From Paramecium tetraurelia (taxonomy: Eukaryota), in NCBI GenBank assembly GCA_000165425.1, contig CT868675.1, forward strand, positions 1-64,000: a stretch of 64,000 nucleotides of DNA, written 5' to 3'. Position numbers and translations under genes: made by a program. Below the pieces are notes generated by a model. It ran no database searches, had not been told where the DNA came from, and was given only the letters and a program-made list of their open reading frames with translations. How positions within the stretch are numbered: the first letter of the stretch is position 1; every line of letters begins with the position of its first letter. Below, in pieces: positions 42,584-56,660 of the stretch.

Positions 42584-43296
42584 TTCAATATAGTTAATAT
42601 TAAATATTCAACAGACTTTTATTATCAATTTAAATTAAACTATCAATCTCTTACTATCTCATTCATATATTCCAAAATATATTATTTTACTCTAAAACGG
42701 TGGCAATCACCCAGAAATGAGAATGCAACAATGTGAAATTAATGAGATAAGATATATAAATTTTTTTGTCTATATTTTTATTATTAAGAACACATTTACA
42801 TAGAAATTATAAAATTAAATAAATTTTAATATACATATATTAATTCCTTGAAATAAATAGATCTGTAATTATTTTGAAGTTGTGTGATATCGACAATTAA
42901 TACCCATCCAAAAAGGGCATTCAAATAGGCTTAATTTTAATTCAATACATTAATTTCAATTAAATCAAAATATTTGTTTGAAGGAAAGATTCACATATAA
43001 TAGGTCACAAGGTAGAAGGGTACTTTATAATAAACTCTAACGCTAAGATAAAGCAATCATTGTTTATAATAAAGAAAGTATTTATAAATATGAAATATAT
43101 TGACACAAGGTATAATTAATAATAGTTTAGATTAAATCCACTATTTGATTCAATAGTTTTCGATTGAATTGAGCCTTTTAATTCACTAAGTTAATAACGT
43201 CAGAAGTGTGAATTTAATTATATTTATAATCTAATATATTGTATTATTGATTTATGTAATACTACTTTACAATAAAATAAATTTATTTCATTTAAG

Positions 43297-44853
43297 ATGG
43301 AACAGTTAGTTTCTTTACTTCAAAAAAAGCAACTTCAGAAAGAAGAGAGATTAAAATCTCTAATTAAGATCATAGATCGAAGGATTGTTCAAAAATTGTA
43401 TAATTTAAGAAACTACGCCTTTTTTAAAATCAAAAACTTCAAAATAGCCAATCGAAACAATATCAAGTTATTGTCAGAAAAGGATGACGAAAAAGGTACC
43501 TTGTAAATTAACATTTCAAATACTAATCAATTTAGAGAAGCATTATATTAATTGCAAAATTATAACCTGGTGCAATTGGAAATATTGAAAAAAGAAACTC
43601 TGTGCAGAATGATTTTCATTTTGCAAAAAAGAATCAATCATCATTATAGACATCTGCTAATCAAACTTGTAAATAAGAAATCAAGAAACATTATCCCATT
43701 TTTAAAAGTGTTCACTTACAGATTCAATTATCAATCAAGGTTTCTCAAAATATTACAAAAGTTTTAGAGAAATAGAGAGGTTTCATTACAAAAAGAAATG
43801 AAAAAATAGGAAGCAATTTCAAAATTTGTAATGGCTTTAGAAAATAAAAAATTAGCTTGTTTTTGTTATTGGAAAAGAAAATTTCAAATTAATTAAAATG
43901 AATAATCGTATATTGACAGTAAAAGGTAAAATGAGTTCATATAACTAACATTTTAAATTGTTGCTCTGCTCTCAAAATAGAAATTCAAGGTACTTTCCAA
44001 TGCTTTCGTAGATTTAAAAAAGAATAAACAAAGAAATACTCAAAAAATTGTAATTATGTTTAATTTTAAAATTCTATTTAGAAGGTTGATGCTAAAAAAC
44101 CTTTCGTTTTCCTTTTATAAAATAGTTTGTTATAACAGAAATAATCAAGGTGCATAATGCGCAAATGTTGACATAATAAAAAACTTAGTATTTTACTATT
44201 TAATATTTAGTCTGTTATTTCAAGCAAATTAAACTCAGGTTTGAATCAAGCACACATGAAATACCAGAGGAAAAGAAGAAACCTCATTATCTATAAATAC
44301 TTATCTAAGATTAATATGAATGAAGATCAAATGATTAGTAAATACTTTACAAAGTGGAAAAGAATCTTAAGCCAATTTAATTTTTAGATGAGAATTAAAA
44401 TTATTCAACAAAGCAAAGAGCTTGAAGAAGATCAATAATTGTTAGTGTAATAATACAAGTAATTATCCATTGAAAATTCTGAATTGCAATAAATGTATTA
44501 GTAAGTATAAACTTATTTTCATACTCCAACAGGATTATCAGTAAAGAAGTCAGAAACTAAATAGAATTAATAAATTATTATGGGATAGCAATAAGCCTAC
44601 TAATTGCAATCATAATAACAAGAGGCATTCTGGGATGAGGATTTAATGTAAAGTGAAGACTATTCTCCAGAATTCGTAGAAAATATAGAAAATCAAAATG
44701 TAGAATTAAAATATAAGATTGAAGAGTAATAAGCAAAACGCAATATGTATTTAGAAGAATTTTAAAGTAGGAAATAAGTAATAATTCAAACTATAAACGT
44801 AGGAACTATTGCAATAGATTGCCCTAAAGAAACAAATGTAAAATGTTTAATGA
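43297..44853 (+). CDS. Coiled-coil hypothetical protein
   Basis: Open in ciliate code from MEQLVSLLQKK; basic/helical then Q/E-rich coiled coil; TGA 44851-44853. Confidence 0.7.
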
Positions 44854-44889
44854 AATTATGTAATTCATATTTATATCTATATAATTTAT

Positions 44890-46880
44890 ACTTAAACTAT
44901 TAAAATAATTGGGAGGACAGAATAAATAAAACACAGTATGAATTAGGAAATTGTAGTTGGTTATTCTTTACTGATATATGTAGATGTCTCTATCATGAAT
45001 GGATGTTATGGAATTTAAGACCTAGAGGGTTATTGTTCTTTCTATTATTTTTTCTTAAAGTAGACTTGAGAAAACATAATTGATGAAATCAAATTAATGG
45101 TTACTTTTAATTTAATTTTGCAACTCTAGTAAGAGTCTCGTCTTTAGATAGAGATAATATATTGATAGATGAGGAATTATCAATCCTTGGAGATTCAAAA
45201 ATATTTCAGAAATTATTTTCAACAATTTAATGAAAATTTAATCAGATATTCTAACTAAATTAGATCACTTATTGACAAAGCACCCATATATCATTATAAT
45301 TTAATTTAGCTTATCTTTTTATAGGTAAAATAGCCTTAAATATTAATAATCTAATTCATAACAAAGAAAATTAAGGCCTTTGATTTTTCAATTTAATTAG
45401 TTCTTATTTTTTATTGATAACTATTGGTAATGGCTTTGATTCGTAAGATAATTACGAAATATCTATAAATGATAGGCAGGCTTTCTCATGTTAATCCAAT
45501 AATTAAAGTTTTGAAAATTTGTTATAATACTATTATTAATAATATTTTATATGTTAAATTCTGAGTTATTTATTAACAAGAGTGCCCTTTTAAAATAGAC
45601 TATGGTTTTATTTTTTCGAATCCTATTATAGTTGTCTGAAACTATTCAGAGGCTGTATAATTGTTGATGCTCGTTTCTCTTAAGAATTGATTAGACTTTA
45701 GTTTTATTTGACATTTATTGTATAACTTCTCATCTGTCTTTCCCTTATTCTTGGAGAAGGTTTCGATATTTGCTCAAAACTTGTACCTTGATTCATCACG
45801 TAATAATAAAATAAAATTTGTTTAATGAAATTAATATAGTTAACATTTTTATATTAGAACTTAAATAAATATTATATTTTTAGTTCTTCCCAACTTAGAC
45901 TAAAATAAGAGAAAAGATGATGAACAATTTATGATTCTATTTACAAATCAGAACTTAAGTTTACTGTTAAGGCATAGGCTATTGTGATCAGCTATTAATT
46001 TCACCTTATATATCTACATATGATTAATTGTACTTTAATGGTTGAACCCAAAAGACCACTACTTGTAAAATATACTATAAATAAAAGGAAATTTACTGAA
46101 CTTTAGCTTACTTATTATAAAATCAAAATGGTTATAATGGCATTTAAAAATCTAATTAAACTATGACACTTCTATCGATATTTTAATAATAATATATAAA
46201 ATTTCAATTTAATGGAAATGATAAGCGAAGTTATAGCTAAGTAATATTGAAAAGTAAACTAATTTAGTTTTCAATGAATTTGCACTTTCATCCTTAAGTC
46301 TCTGGAAGATATTGAATTTGATTATATTAATCAAGTGAAAAATTTATTAAAGTAATAAGAGCCCAACTTTATATCATCTCTCATTAATGTTTTTTCATTC
46401 AAGTTTATAAATATTAATTTGATTTTTTTTTAATAACTACAAAAGTAATTGAACAGCTAATCATCTCAATCTGAAAACTATTTCCTTTACAATTCTCTAA
46501 GCCAGTTTGATGTAAGTATGCTTGTTAGTAGACCTTCTATTCTATCAATATTTTTCAAGTATTATTACTTAAACTAATATATTAATATTAATCAAGTAGT
46601 AAGATATAGTAAACAGATTTAGCAAAAAATGGGAGCAACACTCCAATCTTTAGTATAAGTTTATTGAAACTAAACTTTCTCTAGATTTTATGAGGATAAA
46701 CCATAAAAAGAATATTGGATCTACGATAATAAATTCGACTTTATTACTAAAGAAATGAAAAATAGAAGCAGGGTAAAAAAGATAGATGTAAAAGAGATTA
46801 GGTTCATTAGGAATTAGAATTATTATTTTATCCATTCAATAATAAGTATAAACTTTATAAAATTTGATATCAAAACATTA
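44890..46880. pseudogene. Probable block of decayed gene remnants (one on each strand)
   Basis: Coding-like stretches (minus about 44890-45796; plus about 45915-46880) with many in-frame TGA and frame shifts. Confidence 0.35.
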
Positions 46881-46886
46881 ATATTG

Positions 46887-47984
46887 ATGATAAAACAATA
46901 CGATGTATAAACACTTCTTCAAAATAAATACTCTAATAGCGAATGTTATTATTATTCTAGGACTTTGAATGATTTTGTAAATTCAGCCAGAACTCAAGAG
47001 GTGATTGACTTTTATCAAACTTTAGCTTATAATGACAATTAGGAATTCTTAAGACGGTTCTATTTAGCAAGTATAAGCTTAACTCATTTTGTAGGTGAAT
47101 TGCATGATAAAATTAGGCTATTTACGGAGTACTATAAATATCATAATGAGATTCCAAGATGGTTTATGCATAAAATAAGCAATATTATGAGCAAGTATCT
47201 GAGGGTTATACATAAGTTAGTTACCATGATAAGAAAAGAAGAGTTGAATATAATCGTATAAAACGCATAATAGAAGAAGAAAATCGAAAGAATCCAAACA
47301 AACCAAAGAAAGCAATTGTAGGGGATCAACGAGAGGAACCGTAACTGGTCTCTCCAAAACAATAAGAATAAGTCTATAGTAAAATATTGCAAGATATAAT
47401 TGAAAATTCCACGACTATTGAGGCAATCAATTAAAAATTAGATGCAATTAAAATCAATGCAGGTGAATTAATTTTACAGCCTTCCAATAGAGAACAGGAA
47501 AAATTATAAAAGTTTCTTCAGTATTTGACTGAGAAACAGAAACCTAAACTCTAAACACAGTATTAATTACATTCACCCAAAACATTCAATAAAATTACTT
47601 TAAAAGTGAGCCAGTAGAATATCAAACAAATGATATCTAGAAGTTCAAAAAACCAATAACAATTTCATCTATCTCCAAAAACACTCAAAGATGAATGGTT
47701 AATCTCTCCAAATGGTCAATCAACACACAGATAAGTTAAAGACCCTCTATCTAAACTCTTGAGCCCTGTTCACGTCCATACTATGAATTACCCTCTTATT
47801 CATCATACACTTGAGCTTAAACAAAAACCCACGTATCTCATTTTGTCTATTTAGTATTTAAACTCATCGATCTTAATAAGCTAGTGTTTCTCTTTGCAAA
47901 CAATTTAAAATTGGTGATAATTAGCCTTAACCTAGAAGACTCCATTAACATACAAGATCGGAATTCAGATTTTTTAAGAAATGA
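46887..47984 (+). CDS. Ciliate multigene-family hypothetical protein
   Basis: CYYYSRTLNDFV...EFLRRFY...FTEYYKYHNEIPRWFM...YHDKKRRVEYNRIKR; short introns. Confidence 0.75.
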
Positions 47985-48012
47985 TATGCTTAATATAATA
48001 TTTTTTATCCAC

Positions 48013-49947
48013 TCAAATTGAAGAGAATTGAACATTAAAAGATGGTTTCTCCCATGATTTATTAATAGATTGGTTGTATTCTCCAGGGCCTGGGGATTAA
48101 ACAGTTATTTTACGATATTGAAACCTTTTTTCCTAAGTGTGTAAATATTAAAGAATACCTGCACATTAAAAGGGGGAGGCGATTATTTTTATTTATAAGG
48201 AACTTTATGGTCTTCCTTATTTTGATTCTATTTCTTCAGATACAGTTCTTCACCTAATTCATCAATTTTGAAATCCCCTTTATTTTAAAATCTAGGAGCC
48301 GACGATTAAAATGGAGGTCTCTTAATTTCAAACTCTGGATCATCTTCTTCATCCTCTTTTATATTAAACTCGATCGTATGATTTTTTGGATTGTATTAAT
48401 CAGGTGCTGGCAATTCTAATTTGCATTGTACATTTGGATCTATTCTTTTGGTTTAAGATTTAAACACAGTTTGAGCCCCTTATTGTTAATGAGACTAAGT
48501 TGAATACTCATAGTATCCTGGACCAAGCTGGTGTTCTTTATTTTAACCATCATCAAATCGAGGTGAATTATAGCCAAATTTGCCAACAGGAGATCTTTCT
48601 AGTTTTTTGATCATTTCATGTTCCAACTAAATTAACTATCTAATTTGCTTACACTCTATTTTATATTGTAAGATTAAGGTCCAATCTTTCCGTTCAAGTG
48701 TTTTTATTCGAAACGAGTATTCGATGATAAGAAGGGTGGGTACTTTTATGAGAGACTACTTTTTGATAGTGATGTTTCAATTGTATAGTCTCCTGGTCCA
48801 ACTTAGATCAAATGTGAATCACTTTCGAATCTTTTCAATTTGGATCCAAAGCATTGTGTTCCTAATTTGGAAGTAGATTTAGTATGAGTTACTGCACTCT
48901 AATCTTTTGCATAAAATCCAGGACCAGGCAAATCATTCTAAAGTTTTGACAAATTATACTTCATTTTCCTCGAATTATTCTTCTTTCAAGTCTTGAAATT
49001 ATGCATCTTAGAGTAACTGAGATTTCTTCTTTTCAAATTGAAGTTTAAGGATTTCTTTAGTTCTTTATCCTTTCTCTTAATTATTGAATCTCTGAGTATT
49101 AGATTGAAAAGATCCTGAGGGCATCAATTTATACAGTGGTTAGCTCTCATTTTAAATATCATATGTTCCAGGTCCAACTATCATTTTTTAATCTTTAGAT
49201 ATAACAGGTGCTAGTTTGGGTTGTTTTGAAGAGTGCCAATTTACCCCCTTCCCTTTACACAGATCAAAGGAGTTCTTTACTTCATAATGTCCAGGACCTA
49301 CTGAATCATTCTTTGATCCTGAAATAACCACTTAAGGACTCTTATTTAATTAAAGAGCTAAAATAGATTAATTTAGATAAACTTCCACCATCTACATAAC
49401 CATACACTTATTCATTAGTTGGGATGGATGGAATTGACTTGTTCCTATTCAACTTCAACAAAGACTCAATAAAATTCTCGGCTGATCCCTTGTGATAATG
49501 TTGACGTTAAATTGATTCTGGTTAGTAAGATCCAGGACTAAGATATCAAAATACTACTTTACCCAGGATTATCACTTGTATTAACTCCTTAAAAGCGTTT
49601 ACATTTGGATGCAAAAACAGACTGTTATTGATGGATTTCAAGAATCTTAAGGTCTTATTGATTAGATTGAAGCAGCACTTTCTATCTAATATTTACTTGA
49701 TTTTGTACCCTGCACTTGCAAAATTTACACAATAACTTCCAGGACCTGGAAAGGAGGAATTTTTTAATGGATTAAGTCGGCTTGATAGGGAATTGAAGGG
49801 AGCAATAGATTACTTAATTGGTTTTTTCTTTTGTTGCCCATAAGAACCTGGACCCACCTGTTATGAATAGAATAATGAGAGTACATTAGATGGGACAGAT
49901 GTCAATAATTGGTTTAGATCTCGCTAAGCTTAATATACAAATGCCAT
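48013..49947 (-). CDS. Sperm-tail PG-rich (SHIPPO/STPG) repeat protein
   Basis: Many VGPGSY, PGPGSY, VGPGHY, PGPGFY, LGPGYY, PGPGEY repeats with interspersed F-x-S-x-x-x-R motifs. Confidence 0.9.
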
Positions 49948-49976
49948 GATTATTATATAATTATATTAACTAATTT

Positions 49977-50539
49977 TCAAAACAAGTTGGTCTTCTTCAT
50001 TATTCTAATGAAGTCTTCCTCACTTATTTCTCCGTCGCCATCTCTGTCAGCTTCGTCAATCATCTCTTATAATTCATCGTCTGTCATTGTTTCTCCTAAT
50101 TCTCTTGCGACTCGTTTTAAATTTCTCAATGTGATTTTTCCTGTGTTGTCATCATCAAATAAACGGAAAGCTTTCAGCATTTCTTCTCTTGGATCTCTTT
50201 CCCCCTGTAAATAGTTATTAACCATGATACCATTTTGACTGTCATCAATTCGAGAAAATCAGGAAACTCAATTACTCCTTTTCCTTCACGATCCACTTCC
50301 TTAATCATCTATTTGACTTCTTCCTTTTTTGTTTCAAACCCCAAAGCTCTCATAGCCACCTTAAGTTCTAGCAAAATAAGAATTTACATCGTACCTTTGA
50401 CATCAATATATCCTGTGCCCTCAGTGTCAAATAAATCAAATGCCTCCTTAATCTCTTGCTTCTATTCCTCATTGAGTTCAGAACGAGCTTTTCTTTAAGG
50501 AGCAGTTTATCTTTAAGGTTGTTATTTATTTCTGTTCAT
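49977..50539 (-). CDS. Centrin (basal-body centrin-2-like EF-hand protein)
   Basis: [18 protein letters not shown]...[12 protein letters not shown]...[16 protein letters not shown]...IMKKTNLF*; two introns. Confidence 0.97.
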
Positions 50540-50998
50540 GAAAATTTGAATTTTATTTTAATTAATATTGTTAATTAATCGTCATATTATGTTTATATGT
50601 GTAATTAAATATTCATTCCCATATTCTAATATTATTAAATTTGAAAGCCTATTTTGAATTTTAAAACCAAAAATATATACTTTTTATTCAAAAATAAGCA
50701 TTTTATAAAACTCATTTTAAATACTCTCATACAGTTATATAAAAATCTGAAATCATAATTTTAAATTTAAATTATATATATATGGATATCAAGTCTATAA
50801 TCTTAAATAATTTCCAAGATTCAATTAAATATGCTCAATCAGTTATTACCATGAACATAATTTAAGTTTAATAATTATGACCAATTGTTTTTTCATAACT
50901 TATTCGGTTTTTAATTTCTAAAAAACTATTTTACAGTATATTAATTTATCAATATGTTTTTATGTGATATAAATTTAATTATTAAATACAAGAAATGT

Positions 50999-52127
50999 TC
51001 ACATTAATTACTTTAATGATTTACTCTTATTAGTTTACAATTCAGGTATGCTCTAAGAGATGGCATCACTATCATCCATTTCTGATGTCGACCTCTACAC
51101 TCTCTAAAATTACTGAAATCTCTTCTTCCTTTCTTATGGATTTAAGGAAAAGGAAAAGTAGGGATGCTCTAAGATTTAAGGCACACTTAAATTCTAATCA
51201 GTCATCATACTCAGGAGAAGCTCCTATGCTAATTTTGGTGTCTAAGCATTTTATAGAGTTTAAATATTCTGCTCATAATCTTTATCATTATATTCTTTCC
51301 CTGTGTACCTAATATTATTATGAAATGTTGCATACAAATAAAATAGAATTCGGCTACAATTCTTTATGTCCTAATCATCTATGTTGTTGCTTTGTTTAGC
51401 CTAAGAAAAGTCGATTATTTTGATAAAATCTGATTTGTAAATAATATGATAAATATCGATTGTTGCATGAATGACGTAATGTTGATGCAGATATTGGACA
51501 GCCTTCAGCAGATGCTTTCAATATAAGAGAATGCTTACAAGTATTATGGCTCTGCATTGTAGATGACTCAACTTGGGGTTCTATGTCACGAATTTCTGTA
51601 ATGTAATTCCTCCAACGAATTCTGTTACAATATAATATTGGCTCTTATATTGAAAACATTCATGGTATGAAATTATTCCATGATGATTCAATTATCGTAC
51701 AAGTGGGACTTAGGTTAGCAACTGCTACTAAGTTACAATCTTCAGTCCAAATTATTGTAGCGATATTTGGTCTTATATCCTTGAAGGGTCATCAATATCT
51801 ATTTGTTTGTATAACTCAACTATGTTATCAAAGCATATGAGATTCCTGCAGAAGCTTCTTAATTGTTCTAAATCTTTGGTGTTTGCCTTGAAGAATTTGA
51901 TAATCCCTTTGTATTCGATCCCGAAAGCTTATAATTTAAGGTTATCCACATACCAGTGTAAAACATTCTCGAGTGTAAATTTATACTCATATTTTTGATG
52001 ACTCTATTTTATATCATGATGAAGATATTACCTTGTTCCCAATAGTGAGCCTGTCCTTATACAAAGTTAAAATATAGTTAGTGTTTATTATGTAGTGTAA
52101 TCTTTCACATTTGAATTGAAGTATCAT
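50999..52127 (-). CDS. PH-like domain plus truncated pseudokinase
   Basis: LVRQLNHHGIISYHECFQYKSQYYIVTEFVGG, AVQYLHQHYVIHATID, IKIIDFS. Confidence 0.7.
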
Positions 52128-52720
52128 AATTATATAAAAAATACTCTTAATTTCTGTGAGTAAATAAATTTGATTCTCACTAACTTCTCGAATAAAAAGA
52201 ATTTTTATGTAAATGAAATACTCAGAATTAATTATCTGAAATCGAGTACAAAATTAACAAAATTTGCATTTCAAGCCTAATTTATTTTTATAACTCAGAA
52301 ATCAGGCTTGAAGTGATAATCACCCCTCGATTACAAAATTAGTCTCAATAGTAAATTTACTCTAATTATAATTATAGTCTATTTACATTTATTAAAATTC
52401 TTATTATTATATTATATATTATTTCAATTTATTTATATATTTCAAATTATAAACTTATTATAAAGCCAACATGATATATCAAATAGAATATAAATTAATC
52501 TTAATATAGATGGTCAAAACACCATCTGTATACTCCCATTTACTATAATTTGGACCACTATCATGAAATTCTTCTAGATTGGAGAAAATGCATTAATTCT
52601 TTTATAACAAAAATTATATATATAATCAATTCTGATATTTAAAAATAATTAAATAGAATTGATTTTATTATAATAGCGCATTTATCTTATAGGTAGTACC
52701 TTATAATAAAAGTAAAAACA

Positions 52721-53539
52721 ATGGATAATATTGCAATTTTAATGGAAATACTTGGATTTGAATCAGCCCCCTAGTCAAAGCTGAATAATATTCTACCTAG
52801 ATTTAGTTGTTCTGGTGCTACTGCATTTAGAGATGCAGTTGTTAAAGGAAATTAGTTAATGTAATAACTTTTAGATCTCTTCTGCAAAAAGGGTGCACAT
52901 GACAAATTCAAATTTGTTCATGTGGTACTCACTGATGGAGAGGATAATAGGTCTTAAATCAGTCTATAAGAATTTCTCGCGTATTAGGTCCGTCTCAAAA
53001 ATGAACTTCCTGAAAATATTCTCTAAACCTTTTACATAGGTGTGAATGTTGAAAACAATCAAACAGTGTAATAGGAGATGCGAGCAATTTTACAATGCAG
53101 TGGAAAGTCAGCATAATATTTTCCCATTCACAGCAATGGAATTAATGAAATCTTTTAAAAGATTTAGATGTAGATTGGTCTTAGAGTATAATAAAAGGGA
53201 ATAATTATTGAGAGCAATCAATAATCTATTGCCTTTATGTAAAAGTAGCTATAGCCTGTGTTGTAAATGAAAGTGAATAATTATATTGTTCTTTTCACCC
53301 TTGACATTTCTGGCTCTATGTAAGGAAATTGGGGTAAGGTTTGCAATGCAGTTAGTGGATTTCTGGGAAACCTTGGATCCAATGACTTAGTTTCAGGAAT
53401 TGTCTTTAATGATAAGGTAGAGGTCGTGACTTAATTGACTGCACAGCCTTAAAAGCCTGTTCAATCTTAATAATATTATAACTAAAATCAATAATAAGTT
53501 AGTAATAGAAGAGATGATGAGGTATACTAGAATTTTTGA
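52721..53539 (+). CDS. von Willebrand factor A domain protein, circularly permuted
   Basis: SGATAFRDAV and HVVLTDGEDN precede VLFTLDISGSM...VSGIVFND in one continuous frame. Confidence 0.8.
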
Positions 53540-54165
53540 TTTTTATAACCATTTGCATCTATAAAATATTAAAGTCAAGTTAAAACAATCTCTTATAGTT
53601 GAGTTTTAGTTTTGGTATAGATGAAAAAATTTATTCTATTTTTTTTATTTCTTTTAATAATGCTTTCAACTGTCTAAGATAAGTGGGAATAGAAGTATTA
53701 AATTGTATGATTCCTTATTTAGATTCAAATCTGAATGCTAAAATTAATATGACAAATTAATATATCAAGTTTACATTAATAGTAATTAGCAATATAATTA
53801 AAAATATCATGAATTAATTTAATAGTATATTATAATATATTATATGATATTAAATTCAAGATATTGTTTCTATATTGAATGAATTTTACAGAAAAAATGA
53901 AACACACACTTTAAATTTATCATTACACTGAATATCTGTAATCCATCTATTTGAAATCTTAGTAGATTAAATTCACTTTTTTAGTTGAATTTGATATACT
54001 GATATATGCTCATAATATAGAATTTTTTTAAAAAGGAACGGAAAGTGTTTAACTTAATAGAAGAGGTTAAAATATAATATATATATATAATTTAAGTCTT
54101 TCGAAAAAAATATTTTAATTCTGAAATTAAATTGAAATAATAAAAATAATATCTTTTTTAATTTA

Positions 54166-54984
54166 TCATTCATTCTTAAAGTATGTATTAAGAAATTATT
54201 AGATTTCAGAGATGCGATACTAAATCTATTTAAACTTTTTTAATTCTGCATAATGTGGTGATCTAGTCACTATTATTAAGTTATCTACAAAATCAACAAG
54301 AGGAGTGAATACCCATTTCAAATAATGCGAAGTATTCATGATATTTTGTGCATCCGATCTTATAATTTCTAGTTATTTATCAGAGAGGTCATATATATTA
54401 ATTAATGGAACTTTCTTTTCTAATTTTTCATAAAGAAGTTTAGTCTTCATTTAATAAGTGTACTTTGAGTATCTCCACTTTGGTAATTCTTATAAAAGCA
54501 GTTATGAAATTAGTTCAATGCATTTGAGATAAAATTAGGGAACTTTTTCTGGACAGGCATACATCAATTCATTCTAGAGACCATGTTTGAACCCTTCAAA
54601 ATCAATATCATTTAATTGAGGAACTTGATTATAGAATATGTTGGATTAAAGTTACTGTTGCTTCATATCGAGCTGCTTGTTGAAGAACTGCTTTAAGATT
54701 GGCAGACATTCTATAAATGTTTAATTAAAGTAGCTATTTACTCTTCTTAGGGATGAAATGTCTTTACAATTTAGAAAGAGGATGATGTTGTATATAACAG
54801 GTTTATTGAAATATTTTTCAAAGCAAGATTTTTGTGTTTTCGGTTTTTCTAGTTGGAGAATTGTTACTGATTGTGGAGTAGAGTGTTAGGCTTTTGAGAC
54901 AATTTGTTAATTTCTTTGGTTTATTTTAGTTGGAGGATTTTTGTTTGACTTTGAAGGTTAAATAGCTTTGTTATTTTATAGCAT
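54166..54984 (-). CDS. F-box-like motif protein
   Basis: Intronless 273 codons; KPVIYNIILFLNCKDISSLRRVNSYFN. Confidence 0.65.
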
Positions 54985-55364
54985 ACGGAATAATTTATCA
55001 ATTTATTTTAATTAATTAAATAAGATTATAAGGTTTTTGCTTAAAATCTGATAGGAATTTATTTTCCATTAATTTCGGATAGAATTCATGAGAGTGCTCG
55101 CAAATTGATATTAGTCTCGGATTGGCATGTGTTATTGGGGAATGGCTGGAAGGAATAAAAAATAAGTTAATTTAGGAAATTTAAATGTGAGTTAAAATTT
55201 TGATATTAAACGAATTACTTAAGATTATTAAGATTAAGTACAAGATTTAGGAAAATTGAGTTATCGAGAGTGTTTCTGTGGGGAGGGGATTTTGGTTGAT
55301 TGATTTGAAATAGGATAGTTATTATAGTGATTTAATATTTTATAGAAAAGAAATATTTTTATTA

Positions 55365-56646
<1,282 letters not shown>

Positions 56647-56660
56647 AAATATATTAACTA

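Noticed and set aside
51300..51700. RING/IBR-type Cys-rich domain
   Set aside because: The Cys pattern came from reading through an intron; the spliced frame gives a kinase-like C-lobe
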